A stretch of 24,095 bases of DNA from a virus (Duplodnaviria; Caudoviricetes). The DNA lies in the IMG/VR virus record IMGVR_UViG_3300044723_008164, positions 1 to 24,095 of that record. The stretch is one strand, 5' to 3'. The notes beneath the pieces are model-generated. The model did no database searches. It saw nothing but the letters and a program-made list of their open reading frames with translations, and had not been told where the DNA came from. This document shows positions 9,874 to 18,833 of this stretch, piece by piece; position 1 is the first letter of the stretch, and the number at the start of each line of letters is the position of its first letter. The translations under genes and the position numbers were made by a program.

Positions 9874-10470
9874 ATGTATATAATTGCTGAAACAATTCCA
9901 GGTAATCATCCAAACTATCATCCCGATTTAGAAAGAATTTACAGTCATTGGGTATATACTTCCTACTATCTGCCTGATGAAAAGAGATCAGAATTTGATA
10001 TTTCAAAAGTTCATGGTGTCGAGGTAACAGAAGAAGTTGCAAGAGGCATGAAGTTTTCAAATGTTGCAAAAAACAAAATAGGTGTTAAGACAGGAAGTCT
10101 TGCACACGAAGAAGTAATGGGAAATTCAATGGAATCTGAAGATGGTGTTTTATCACCTGATCAGATTGGACAAAAAACATATTACTATCTTACAGCAGAT
10201 GATGAAAGAATTGCTACATCAGTTTTAAAAACTGAAATGAAACTCCATCTTGATACACACTATAGTAGAGTGTTGGATGCACAGGAAAAAGTGCGTTTCA
10301 CTACCAAGAAGGGAATAATAGAGAGCGAAATCGAAAGATGTGCAAATACCATGGACTGTAGAAAATTAATGCACACAAAATTTGGTCTCGGTCTTTTTCA
10401 AGCCGAAGAAGTAGGATTGTCACCGGAACCAACGTTGGATATGTCGGTTGCGGGTCGTGACAACTTTTAA
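9874..10470 (+). CDS. Hypothetical protein (198 aa)
   Basis: AAGGAG RBS upstream; contiguous in operon; no recognisable motif. Confidence 0.55.
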   Translation: MYIIAETIPGNHPNYHPDLERIYSHWVYTSYYLPDEKRSEFDISKVHGVEVTEEVARGMKFSNVAKNKIGVKTGSLAHEEVMGNSMESEDGVLSPDQIGQKTYYYLTADDERIATSVLKTEMKLHLDTHYSRVLDAQEKVRFTTKKGIIESEIERCANTMDCRKLMHTKFGLGLFQAEEVGLSPEPTLDMSVAGRDNF

Positions 10471-11047
10471 TAAAGATTTCCTAGAAGTAGAAAATTTTCT
10501 CAATCCTGACGAACAACAGGAATTAATCAATTATCTTTGCAAACCAAACTTTCCTTGGTGCTTCACATACGATGCAGTAAGGGGAACTACTGACAAAATT
10601 ATTATCGAAGATAATAGTGTGGTCGGAGTGTTTCATACATTCGTGCATGATACCAAGATAGTTAGTCCTTTTTTCAACGACATAAAATGGATTTCATCCA
10701 AGTTTGAAAACATAGGTCTAGGAGAAAATCCAGTGATGAGAATACGTGCAGGAATGTTTTTTAAGCATCCTGACAATTCAGCACATCCGGCACATGTTGA
10801 TGCAAACGGTGTTAATCACATTACTGCTGTCTATTATGTAAATGATTGTGATGGTGATTTTTACCTATACGAAGAAAAAGATTCAGAGTATCCCTTTAAG
10901 AAACCACCAGAATATACCATAAAAAATATAGCAAAACCAGCACAGGGCAAACTTGTTGTCTTTAATGGCGATCATTACCATGCTAGTTCCTATCCAAATA
11001 GGAGTGCAATTCGACTTGCTATCACATTTAATTTCCTATCATTATAA
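10448..11047 (+). CDS. 2OG-Fe(II) oxygenase (start TTG 10448 or GTG 10457)
   Basis: HVD...H triad (HPAHVDA; HYHAS), TAVYYVND strand and terminal RLAITFNF 2OG-binding Arg motif. Confidence 0.85.
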   Translation: MRVVTTFNKDFLEVENFLNPDEQQELINYLCKPNFPWCFTYDAVRGTTDKIIIEDNSVVGVFHTFVHDTKIVSPFFNDIKWISSKFENIGLGENPVMRIRAGMFFKHPDNSAHPAHVDANGVNHITAVYYVNDCDGDFYLYEEKDSEYPFKKPPEYTIKNIAKPAQGKLVVFNGDHYHASSYPNRSAIRLAITFNFLSL

Positions 11048-11053
11048 TACCAC

Positions 11054-11060
11054 ATAAATA
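11054..11060 (+). promoter_or_regulatory. T4-late-like promoter core ATAAATA, leaderless arrangement
   Basis: ATAAATA-cggt-ATG(11065) with no Shine-Dalgarno in between. Confidence 0.55.
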
Positions 11061-11064
11061 CGGT

Positions 11065-11670
11065 ATGACTGAAAATTCACAAGAAGACTTTATTGCTGTT
11101 TTTGACGGTGTCATTGATCCATCAGAATGCCAAAAAATAATTGAGTTTTATGAAAAACTAAAATCAATGAATCTTACATTTGATAGGCAGCAAATGAACG
11201 ACAAGAAGCCACATCAAAAAAATGATGAGACTGCATTTCTTCTTGATCAACAAATACTAAACATAGATTCAAATCCTATTTTGATTCCGTTTGTTGAAAA
11301 TTTTTGGAAATGTTATGCTGAGTATGTGAATGTTTTTAGTGTATTATTAGAATCTGAAATGCACGGAATAAACAGCATTAGATTACAGAAAACGTTACCT
11401 GGACAGGGTTACCATAGTTGGCATTTTGAGGCAAGTGATAGTACATCATCAAGAAGAATTATTGCTTGGACGCTGTACTTAAATGATGTCCAGGAAGGTG
11501 GAGAGACTGAATTCTTATATCAAAGAAAAAGAGTTGCAGCAAAAGCAGGAAGATTAGCAATTTGGCCGAGTGCATTTACTCATACCCATAGAGGTAATCC
11601 TCCATTATCAAATGAAAAATATATTCTAACAGGTTGGTTAGAATACTTCGGAAAGGCATCAAACGTATGA
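11065..11670 (+). CDS. 2OG-Fe(II) oxygenase, prolyl-4-hydroxylase-like phage family
   Basis: GYHSWHFE, LYLNDVQEGGETEF, WPSAFTHTHRGNPP..KYILTGW, which are typical of marine phage 2OG oxygenases. Confidence 0.9.
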   Translation: MTENSQEDFIAVFDGVIDPSECQKIIEFYEKLKSMNLTFDRQQMNDKKPHQKNDETAFLLDQQILNIDSNPILIPFVENFWKCYAEYVNVFSVLLESEMHGINSIRLQKTLPGQGYHSWHFEASDSTSSRRIIAWTLYLNDVQEGGETEFLYQRKRVAAKAGRLAIWPSAFTHTHRGNPPLSNEKYILTGWLEYFGKASNV

Positions 11671-13346
11671 CACCAAGAAAAATTTTTACAGTTCCGTTAA
11701 ATCCTAAACTTAACGAAGCGCAGTTCGAACATTTTTATAATTTCTTAGCAAAGCATAAGGATTATATCACTGACGTTTATTTTACATCAAGAATGGTACC
11801 GTTTTTGCAAGATGCTATGGGAGATGTAATTACTGAAGAACGAGATATGATACAGGGAATTGAAAATGCTCTAGGAATACAAAAGTATTTAGGAATTCCT
11901 GTTAGTGCAACTTTTAATAATATTATGGTTCCACCAACGCAACAAAATTTAGATTTATTCATAGAAAGATTTAAACCTTTATATGATGCAGGAATTAGAA
12001 TAGTAACTATTCCACATACTCACTGGATGGCAACTGGACAAATAAAAGCAGCATATCCTGATCTGTTTGTAAAAAATACAATCCTTAGAGATGTTAGAAC
12101 AGCAGTTGAGATTGTTAATCTTGCCAAGTATGGATTTGATTATATTAATCTTGATAGAGATTTAATGCGTGATAGAGACACACTACTTAGATTAAAACAA
12201 GCCAAGGAATGGATAAAAGAAAATCTTGGAAAAGAAATACAGTTTAGTTTGTTGGCAAACGAAGGATGTCTTGGTTCTTGTCCTATGATGGTAGAACACT
12301 TTGAATATAACAATACTAGAGATATTACAAAACCTCAGTACTTTCATGATCCAATAAGTAGAGTTAGTTGTCCTAAGTGGGAAGTGGAAGATCCTGCTGT
12401 TTATCTTAAGACAGCAAACTTGCCTCCATGGAAAGAAGACTGGGACGAATTTCTTGATGAATTAGGTATTGATACATTTAAGATGCATGGCCGAGAAAGC
12501 ATTGATAGATTAAATGAAACAATGGATATCATTAGACGCTATGCTAATAATGAACCTTTATTGCATAGAGGTTTTGAACAATGGTCAAAAGAAACCAACA
12601 TGGAAGAAAAGCCAATTGATATTTGGCGAGACAAGATTAAAAATTGTAAGTTTGATTGTTGGGAATGCCAGTACTGTGATAAAATCTATGATAGAAAATC
12701 AGATTTAATTTTTAGTGACCTAGTTAAGCATACTGTTGATGCTATACATAAGTCAGGAGTAATATCATATAATAATGATATTAAGGGATTAACCAGTCCA
12801 AGAGTGAAAACTTTACTTAATCTTCTAGGCAAAGGAGTTGGTAGTTACCTTGAAGTTGGTAGTTTCCTTGGAGCAACTGCATGTGCTGCTATCGAAAATA
12901 ATAACTTAAATGCATTCTGTGTTGATAATTGGTTAGAGCCTATCCAACCTTTTAGAAATGATATGCAAATGCCAGAAACAAGTAAAGATGAATTTATTAA
13001 AAATATTGAACAACACAGAGGAAACAGTGTAGTTACAGTGTTTGATAATGATTTATTTGAGACTCCACTAGATCCAATACAAAATAAAATACAGTTTTTC
13101 TTCTACGATGGACCTCACGATGAGGACTCAACAAGACAGGCAGTTGAATATTATTGGCCATCATTTCAGCAAGAAGCAATTCTTGTGTTTGATGATGCGA
13201 ATTGGGACGGAGTAGTTAGAGGTGCAGATTTAGGTATTGAATCAATGGGTGGTAAAAAAGTTTATGATAAATTAATTCTTAACTCGCAGGAAAATCCACA
13301 AGAATGGTGGAATGGATTGTATGTTATTGTAATAAGGAAAAACTAA
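11667..13346 (+). CDS. Fusion of an N-terminal U32-peptidase-like (Fe-S, TIM-barrel) domain and a C-terminal class I SAM-dependent methyltransferase
   Basis: Likely start ATG 11667 (ATGA overlap with upstream stop). N-part has INLDRDLMRD, LLANEGCLGSCP..H, SC, FKMHGRE and CKFDCWECQYC. C-part has YLEVGSFLGAT, CVDNW, FFYDGPH and LVFDD (Methyltransf_24-like). Confidence 0.7.
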   Translation: MTPRKIFTVPLNPKLNEAQFEHFYNFLAKHKDYITDVYFTSRMVPFLQDAMGDVITEERDMIQGIENALGIQKYLGIPVSATFNNIMVPPTQQNLDLFIERFKPLYDAGIRIVTIPHTHWMATGQIKAAYPDLFVKNTILRDVRTAVEIVNLAKYGFDYINLDRDLMRDRDTLLRLKQAKEWIKENLGKEIQFSLLANEGCLGSCPMMVEHFEYNNTRDITKPQYFHDPISRVSCPKWEVEDPAVYLKTANLPPWKEDWDEFLDELGIDTFKMHGRESIDRLNETMDIIRRYANNEPLLHRGFEQWSKETNMEEKPIDIWRDKIKNCKFDCWECQYCDKIYDRKSDLIFSDLVKHTVDAIHKSGVISYNNDIKGLTSPRVKTLLNLLGKGVGSYLEVGSFLGATACAAIENNNLNAFCVDNWLEPIQPFRNDMQMPETSKDEFIKNIEQHRGNSVVTVFDNDLFETPLDPIQNKIQFFFYDGPHDEDSTRQAVEYYWPSFQQEAILVFDDANWDGVVRGADLGIESMGGKKVYDKLILNSQENPQEWWNGLYVIVIRKN

Positions 13347-14863
13347 TGGCTATAACAAAAGCAAATAATATTATTATTTTTGGTGGTGGTACTAGCGGTT
13401 GGTTAGCCGCTGTCTATATGGTGAATAACATAAAGTTTCCGTGTAAGATAACTTTAATTGAAAGCACAAAAATGGGGCCTATCGGTGTTGGAGAAGGCAC
13501 ACAACCTGCTACTGCTAGATTTTTATATGATGCAGGTGTTGATCCTAAAACATGGATGGAACCAAGCGATAGTGTGTTTAAGATGGGTGTTGAATTTGTT
13601 GGTTGGAATGAAAAGAACTTCTTTGTAGATAACGATTTTGTAGAGCATACACAAATTGGACCACAGTTATATACTTCGAACTATTTTATAGACAAATCAC
13701 TAGAAGAATATCTTGATTATTTGCCAGCATATCAAATGGCAAAACATAATAAGAGTCCTAAACTTGCAGGACTTGATACAAATTATGCATTAAGTGGTAA
13801 TAGGCAGTTCGGAGCAGTTCATTTTGCTGCATTAAAGATAGTTGATAGTTTAAAGAAAATAGTAGGGGATAGAATAACGGCAATTGATACTGAAATCGTT
13901 GAGATTAAATCCGATGAAAATGGCATTAAGGAATTGATTGACAAGGATGGCAATAGTCATACTGCGGACTTATACGTAGATTGCACAGGTTTTAAATCAC
14001 TATTACTTGAAAAAGAATTAGGCGTTGATTTTGAACCAGTAACTGATTTTTTACCATGCGATAGAGCGGTAGCAATGCCAACGCAGTATAAGAATGCTCA
14101 GGAAGAATGTCATCCATATACAAAGGCAACTGCAATGAATGCAGGATGGAGATGGACCATTCCTATCTTTAGTAGAGTAGGAAATGGTTATGTTTATAGT
14201 TCAAAACACATTTCTCCAGAAGAAGCAGAAAAAGAACTGCGTGATGCAATCGGTGAATACGAAGCAGAAGCAAATCATTTAGAAATGAAGTGTGGAATAC
14301 ACAAGGCCGTTGCATATAAGAACGTTGTTGCTGCAGGATTGAGTGCTGGATTTGTAGAGCCACTCGAAGCAACCGGAATTACATTTACTACCCAGGCTGT
14401 AGAAATGTTGGTGCATCTTCTTAATCAAGGACAGGGAGTATGGCAAAATAATTCTAAGAACGCTTTTAATGAATCTTATATTAGATCATTCTGGGAAATA
14501 GTTTCTTTTGTTTGGGCACACTATCATTTCAGTACTAAAAATGATACTGAATTCTGGAAGGACATACACAAACAAAAAGTTGATAAGGTTCCGAGACAAG
14601 TAATAGAAACTATTGGTGCATTTGTACCATCACCGCATAACGGATTTTTTCTTAATCCAGAAAGTCATTTTCATGTTGGACATTGGTTTCAAGTTTTATT
14701 TCCTAACGGAGCATATGAAAATCATCCTAAAATGGTTGATGGCGAAAGAGAAAAATATGCTGAGTATTTCATAGCCAATCAAAAATTTAGAACTGAAAAA
14801 ATTATTGAAATGTTCCCTAATCATTATGAATTCTTAAAGGAATGGTATGGAAAAGCAGATTAA
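13346..14863 (+). CDS. Flavin-dependent tryptophan halogenase family protein (PrnA-like)
   Basis: Likely start ATG 13346 (TAATG overlap). Has GGGTSG FAD motif, IGVGEGT, catalytic-Lys region VFKMGVEFVGW, DCTGF, WRWTIP (WxWxIP) and GFVEPLEATG. Confidence 0.9.
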   Translation: MAITKANNIIIFGGGTSGWLAAVYMVNNIKFPCKITLIESTKMGPIGVGEGTQPATARFLYDAGVDPKTWMEPSDSVFKMGVEFVGWNEKNFFVDNDFVEHTQIGPQLYTSNYFIDKSLEEYLDYLPAYQMAKHNKSPKLAGLDTNYALSGNRQFGAVHFAALKIVDSLKKIVGDRITAIDTEIVEIKSDENGIKELIDKDGNSHTADLYVDCTGFKSLLLEKELGVDFEPVTDFLPCDRAVAMPTQYKNAQEECHPYTKATAMNAGWRWTIPIFSRVGNGYVYSSKHISPEEAEKELRDAIGEYEAEANHLEMKCGIHKAVAYKNVVAAGLSAGFVEPLEATGITFTTQAVEMLVHLLNQGQGVWQNNSKNAFNESYIRSFWEIVSFVWAHYHFSTKNDTEFWKDIHKQKVDKVPRQVIETIGAFVPSPHNGFFLNPESHFHVGHWFQVLFPNGAYENHPKMVDGEREKYAEYFIANQKFRTEKIIEMFPNHYEFLKEWYGKAD

Positions 14864-15443
14864 AAAAACAACAGTGTTTGCTGCTGATGTGTTCTATATT
14901 AATACTGGAACGGAAGAACAGAAACAGCAACTAATAAAAGAAGTATTGGAAACTAAAGAATTCTACCCACAAGGTAACGATAGATCCAATCCTAATTGTT
15001 GGAGAGCTGATAATCCATGTAAGGATATTTCTTGGCTAATGCAGGACATTGCTATCATGATGGAACATATAGTTCAATACTATGAAGATAATGATTCAGC
15101 CTTTAAGGAAAGAAAGGATTTAGAAAAAGCAAAAGTAAATTATTGGGCAAACGTAAATGGACACAATTCATTTAATGTTGTGCATTCTCATAAATCAAAA
15201 CAATTTTCAGCAGTATATTATCTACAAGGAGAAGGAACAGGACAAATTCAATTTACAAATCCAGCAAATTTATTATCTGATTGTAATTGGGGCTCACCAT
15301 ATACTAGAGATTTTCAAATAGATCCCAAAGATGGTGATTTAATAATATGGCCAGCATGGGTTCCTCACGAAGTAATGCGCAACGAGTCAAACAGAGAAAG
15401 AATAAATCTAGTCTTTGACATTGACATAAAGGAAGATAAATGA
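14847..15443 (+). CDS. 2OG-Fe(II) oxygenase-like protein (TIGR02466-like, HxH type)
   Basis: WANVN...NVVHSH, FSAVYY, IIWPAWVPHEV, RINLVFDI. Confidence 0.85.
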   Translation: MEKQIKKTTVFAADVFYINTGTEEQKQQLIKEVLETKEFYPQGNDRSNPNCWRADNPCKDISWLMQDIAIMMEHIVQYYEDNDSAFKERKDLEKAKVNYWANVNGHNSFNVVHSHKSKQFSAVYYLQGEGTGQIQFTNPANLLSDCNWGSPYTRDFQIDPKDGDLIIWPAWVPHEVMRNESNRERINLVFDIDIKEDK

Positions 15444-16219
15444 AAAAAATAGAATTCTTTTCAGTAATAAAAGGCGTAACAGAAAACTTTCCTGTTGATC
15501 ATGCAAAGAAATTTAAATTCAAGTGGGTAGAAAATGCCAGACAGGAATATAAAGAGGTTGCTGAAAAACTAAAAGGAACCAAGTATAATCATGTATTTAG
15601 ATGTCCGGGTATCTTTGATCTAATGAGCACAGGATACATTGTACCGATGCCTTGGGATCTTACAATAGAAACTAAAGGTGACGGAAAACATTTTGCTTGG
15701 AATTATCCAGACGAAGCCTTGAAACAAACTTTAAAGGCTGAACTTATTTCAGCGCACCTTCCTGAAACTATAGCGAAACATTTACCCAAGCCACCAGGAA
15801 CTTTAGAAAGTATAGTTAAGTTGCATACTCCATGGCATATCGTTGCTCCCAAGGGAGTAAAATTTTTAATGATTCCAATACCTTATGGGGATGAACAGTA
15901 CTTTGAAAATGTATCAGGAATATTAGATCCTAGCATAAGCAGCGAAGTTCATATTCAACTAAGATGGAAAGTGTTGATGGGAAGACAAACAATTAAGGCT
16001 GGAACTCCTATGGCACAACTAATACCAATATCAGAAGAAAAGTTTGATTTAGAAGTCAGAGATGCTACCAAAAAAGATTTAGAATGGTATGAAAAAAGAT
16101 TATATCTTAATAATTGCACCATGATTATGAAACATTCATTAGTTCAACAGGCCTACTGGAAGTTTTGGGAAAAGAAATGGCAGTTGAAAAACATAATAGA
16201 TAAGTTTAGAAAGAAGTAG
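15440..16219 (+). CDS. Conserved phage hypothetical protein (DUF6065-like / possible dUTPase-like beta fold)
   Basis: RCPGIFD...GYIVPMPWD, KLHTPW, IKAGTPMAQLIP pattern, recalled from proteins that accompany phage oxygenase clusters; ATGA overlap. Confidence 0.5.
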   Translation: MKKIEFFSVIKGVTENFPVDHAKKFKFKWVENARQEYKEVAEKLKGTKYNHVFRCPGIFDLMSTGYIVPMPWDLTIETKGDGKHFAWNYPDEALKQTLKAELISAHLPETIAKHLPKPPGTLESIVKLHTPWHIVAPKGVKFLMIPIPYGDEQYFENVSGILDPSISSEVHIQLRWKVLMGRQTIKAGTPMAQLIPISEEKFDLEVRDATKKDLEWYEKRLYLNNCTMIMKHSLVQQAYWKFWEKKWQLKNIIDKFRKK

Positions 16220-16744
16220 ATGCTTAAACAGAAGTTTGTTACAAACATTTGGTCAGACACATTCAATATTGATAATTCATTAATAAAAAAATTTGATGAA
16301 TGGGTTGATTTTGAAAAAACACTAGACCCCGAAGGAAGGAAGGAATCAACGACCCAGAACGGTTGGCAATATTCTTTTACTCCAAAGGATAAAGTACCTG
16401 AGTGGTTGGAAAAACTACAACCACAAATAAAAACAATAAAAGAAGAAATAGGTTGGTCTTATATTAAAAGCTCTTGGGTAGTTGATTACAACAGTGGAGG
16501 ATTCCAAGATGCACATTATCATGCTCCAGAAAATAATCTTAAAACTATAATTGTAAATATTAGAGGCGAAGGAGACTTATTATTGTTTGACCCAAGACCT
16601 ATGGCAGTTAGCCAAGGAGAGCCCATTGTTGAGATAGTGAATCTTAAACAAGGAGATTGGATTGCAATACCTGGATGGTTAGTACATAGCACCAGACCCT
16701 GTTCTGATAGAAGAAGCATATATGTGTTGGATGTTTATTCATGA
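16220..16744 (+). CDS. 2OG-Fe(II) oxygenase-like protein (HxH type)
   Basis: SWVVDY..GGFQDAHYH, LLLFDPRP, IPGWLVHSTRP, RRSIYVLDV. Confidence 0.8.
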   Translation: MLKQKFVTNIWSDTFNIDNSLIKKFDEWVDFEKTLDPEGRKESTTQNGWQYSFTPKDKVPEWLEKLQPQIKTIKEEIGWSYIKSSWVVDYNSGGFQDAHYHAPENNLKTIIVNIRGEGDLLLFDPRPMAVSQGEPIVEIVNLKQGDWIAIPGWLVHSTRPCSDRRSIYVLDVYS

Positions 16745-17331
16745 GCAAGGTTGAAGAATTAGAATTTCCGGTAAAGAATCAACGTCCTTGTTATGTATGG
16801 GCCACAACTCTTGATGATCATGAAGAAATTAATATAAAAGTCTTGGAGACCATTTCAAAAGAACGAGAAAGCAATTCCAAAGGATATACAGACGACATCA
16901 ACATCAATGTATGGCAGAGTAATTGGGAAATGGAAAATCAACCGGGTTTTTTTGAAGTATCAGAATCTGCAAAACAATTATCAGTAGAAATAGCAAAACA
17001 ACATTTTAACTTTAATCAATTCGTTCCACAATTAGTAGATTGCTGGTGTAATGTATATAATAACAACAGCGGATGCAAGGTACATCAGCATTTTCCAGCA
17101 ACATTTAGCCTAGTATATTATGTAAAAGTTCCGGAAAATAGTGGTAGAATATTCTTTCCTGATCTTGATGTGCAGTTAGATCCTAAACCAGGATTATTAT
17201 TGTGCTTTAGAGGTGATACTTGGCATGGAGTTGAGTTCAATAAGACCGAAAAAGACCGCATAATTATTGGTATGAATGTGATATACAAATTTAACGAAAA
17301 CCAAGATAATTCAACTTTGGATAAATATTAG
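16741..17331 (+). CDS. 2OG-Fe(II) oxygenase-like protein (HxH type)
   Basis: WCNVY...KVHQHFP, FSLVYYVKVPENSG, TWHGV, RIIIGMNV. Confidence 0.85.
   Translation: MSKVEELEFPVKNQRPCYVWATTLDDHEEINIKVLETISKERESNSKGYTDDININVWQSNWEMENQPGFFEVSESAKQLSVEIAKQHFNFNQFVPQLVDCWCNVYNNNSGCKVHQHFPATFSLVYYVKVPENSGRIFFPDLDVQLDPKPGLLLCFRGDTWHGVEFNKTEKDRIIIGMNVIYKFNENQDNSTLDKY
17321..17327 (+). promoter_or_regulatory. T4-late-like promoter core ATAAATA embedded in the last codons of the upstream gene
   Basis: GAT AAA TAT TAG t ATG: the box lies 5 nt before ATG 17333, with no SD. Confidence 0.55.
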
Positions 17332-17332
17332 T

Positions 17333-18826
17333 ATGGCAAGACTTCCCATTATAAAAAACTTGAGAATTGTACCTAGAGAAGGAGAGTTTCTTGAACGAAA
17401 AACCGGCTCTAGAGGAGAAATTTATTTCGATCAGGACAGTAATACCATAAGAGCTTATGATGGTGTTGCTACCGGTGGTTATGAAATGCTCACCCAAGAA
17501 AGACTAAAGGGTGTAGCAAGTTACGAATATGATGTAACTATCGTTAATCAAGGTGCTGGGAACAAATATGTTTTAAACAGTGAATATTATAGTGATGTAA
17601 CATTCATTATAGGATACACTTATATTTTTAATCAGAATGATCCAACCAATGTTTGGTATCCTAATGCAACAGGAACCACAAACAATCAACACCCATTAAA
17701 TTTTAGTGAAGACAATCAGAATGGTGAATTGAGTGGCGGAACTACATATACCAACGGTGTTGTTTATAAGATAAATGGCTCCTCAGTATCCAAAACAGAA
17801 TACTGGGAACAGTTTGAAAAAGCAACACAAAGAAGTGTTCAAATTACAGTAACGAATGATACACCAAGCACATTATATATTTGGTGTCAGAATCATTTAA
17901 ACATGGGTAAGTCAGCCTCGATAGTAAATCCAGGTACAGGATCCGGAGGCGGAGCAGGAAGTATTATTGTCGCTGCCGATGACTCAACTCAGGTAGTTGT
18001 TGGTTCTGGTAATACATTACAGTTTTCAGGCGGAACTGGTATTTCAACAGCAAGTTCCCCAGACGGAATCATTACAATTACAGGAACTAATTCATTTAGT
18101 AGATTTAGTGTTAGCGGACAGAGTCCTGTTGATGCAACAGTTCCATTAGATACTTTCACATTCATTGCAGGATCGAACATGACCATTAATACTGATCCTG
18201 TGAGTCAATCTATCACATTTAACTCCACAGGTGGCGGTGGCGGTGGCGGTGGAAATTCTTTCGGAACCATTGCTGTATTGGGACAAAGCAATGTTGTTGC
18301 AGAGATTACTGAAGATACTCTTAATCTAAACGCAGGCGTAGGAATTTCTATATCGACAAATGCTGGAACTGATACCATAACAATTACGAATACATCCGCT
18401 GGTGTAAATGATTTTGATCAATTATCAGAACCTGCAGAGAGTAGTCACACGTTTGATAAGATTTATCTACCTGCGATTACGATGCTTACGGTAACTAATG
18501 TGGGAGCAACTGCTTATCTATACGATCAATATTCAGGAAATAACCCTACAATTTATGCAATCAACGGAACAACTATTGCATTTAATCTACAGTGTGATGG
18601 ACATCCATTTGCCATCCAAACTGCGGCAGGCGTAAATTATAATGAAGGATTGATACACGTTAGCCAAACAGGAACAGTATCAACAGGTGCGGCAGCTCAA
18701 GGATTCAGCCAAGGAACATTATATTGGAAGATCCCTAGCAGCGTTACAGGCGGTTACAGATATCAATGTACTGCACACGCACCCATGGTAGGTAGCATTA
18801 CTATCAAGAACTTCGGTTCAATCTAA
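17333..18826 (+). CDS. Fibre-like virion protein with two cupredoxin/plastocyanin-like domains
   Basis: N-terminal GEIYFDQDSNTIRAYDG..GG resembles Mtd_N-like fibre anchors. Domain 1 has HP...WCQNHLNMG and domain 2 has GHPF...YQCTAHAPMVGSITI. Three D/N-T-L-x-F-x-[AG]-G-x-[GN]-I-x-I-x-T repeats and Gly linkers lie between them. Confidence 0.7.
   Translation: MARLPIIKNLRIVPREGEFLERKTGSRGEIYFDQDSNTIRAYDGVATGGYEMLTQERLKGVASYEYDVTIVNQGAGNKYVLNSEYYSDVTFIIGYTYIFNQNDPTNVWYPNATGTTNNQHPLNFSEDNQNGELSGGTTYTNGVVYKINGSSVSKTEYWEQFEKATQRSVQITVTNDTPSTLYIWCQNHLNMGKSASIVNPGTGSGGGAGSIIVAADDSTQVVVGSGNTLQFSGGTGISTASSPDGIITITGTNSFSRFSVSGQSPVDATVPLDTFTFIAGSNMTINTDPVSQSITFNSTGGGGGGGGNSFGTIAVLGQSNVVAEITEDTLNLNAGVGISISTNAGTDTITITNTSAGVNDFDQLSEPAESSHTFDKIYLPAITMLTVTNVGATAYLYDQYSGNNPTIYAINGTTIAFNLQCDGHPFAIQTAAGVNYNEGLIHVSQTGTVSTGAAAQGFSQGTLYWKIPSSVTGGYRYQCTAHAPMVGSITIKNFGSI
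18230..18253 (+). repeat. (GGTGGC)3-GGTGGA microsatellite encoding a Gly8 linker
   Basis: Directly visible in-frame 6-bp tandem repeat. Confidence 0.8.
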
Positions 18827-18833
18827 CAATCAC

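Noticed and set aside
11016-11048. Possible sigma70 promoter TTGCTA...TATAAT
   Set aside because: The spacer is 21 nt and TATAAT overlaps a stop codon; probably chance in AT-rich DNA.
11634-11666. ORF-track start for the U32-MTase gene, and likewise 13304 for the halogenase
   Set aside because: Downstream ATGs at 11667 and 13346 overlap the upstream stop codons and immediately precede the conserved domains.
18230-18253. Microsatellite as a phase-variation switch
   Set aside because: The 6-bp unit keeps the frame; it only encodes a Gly linker.
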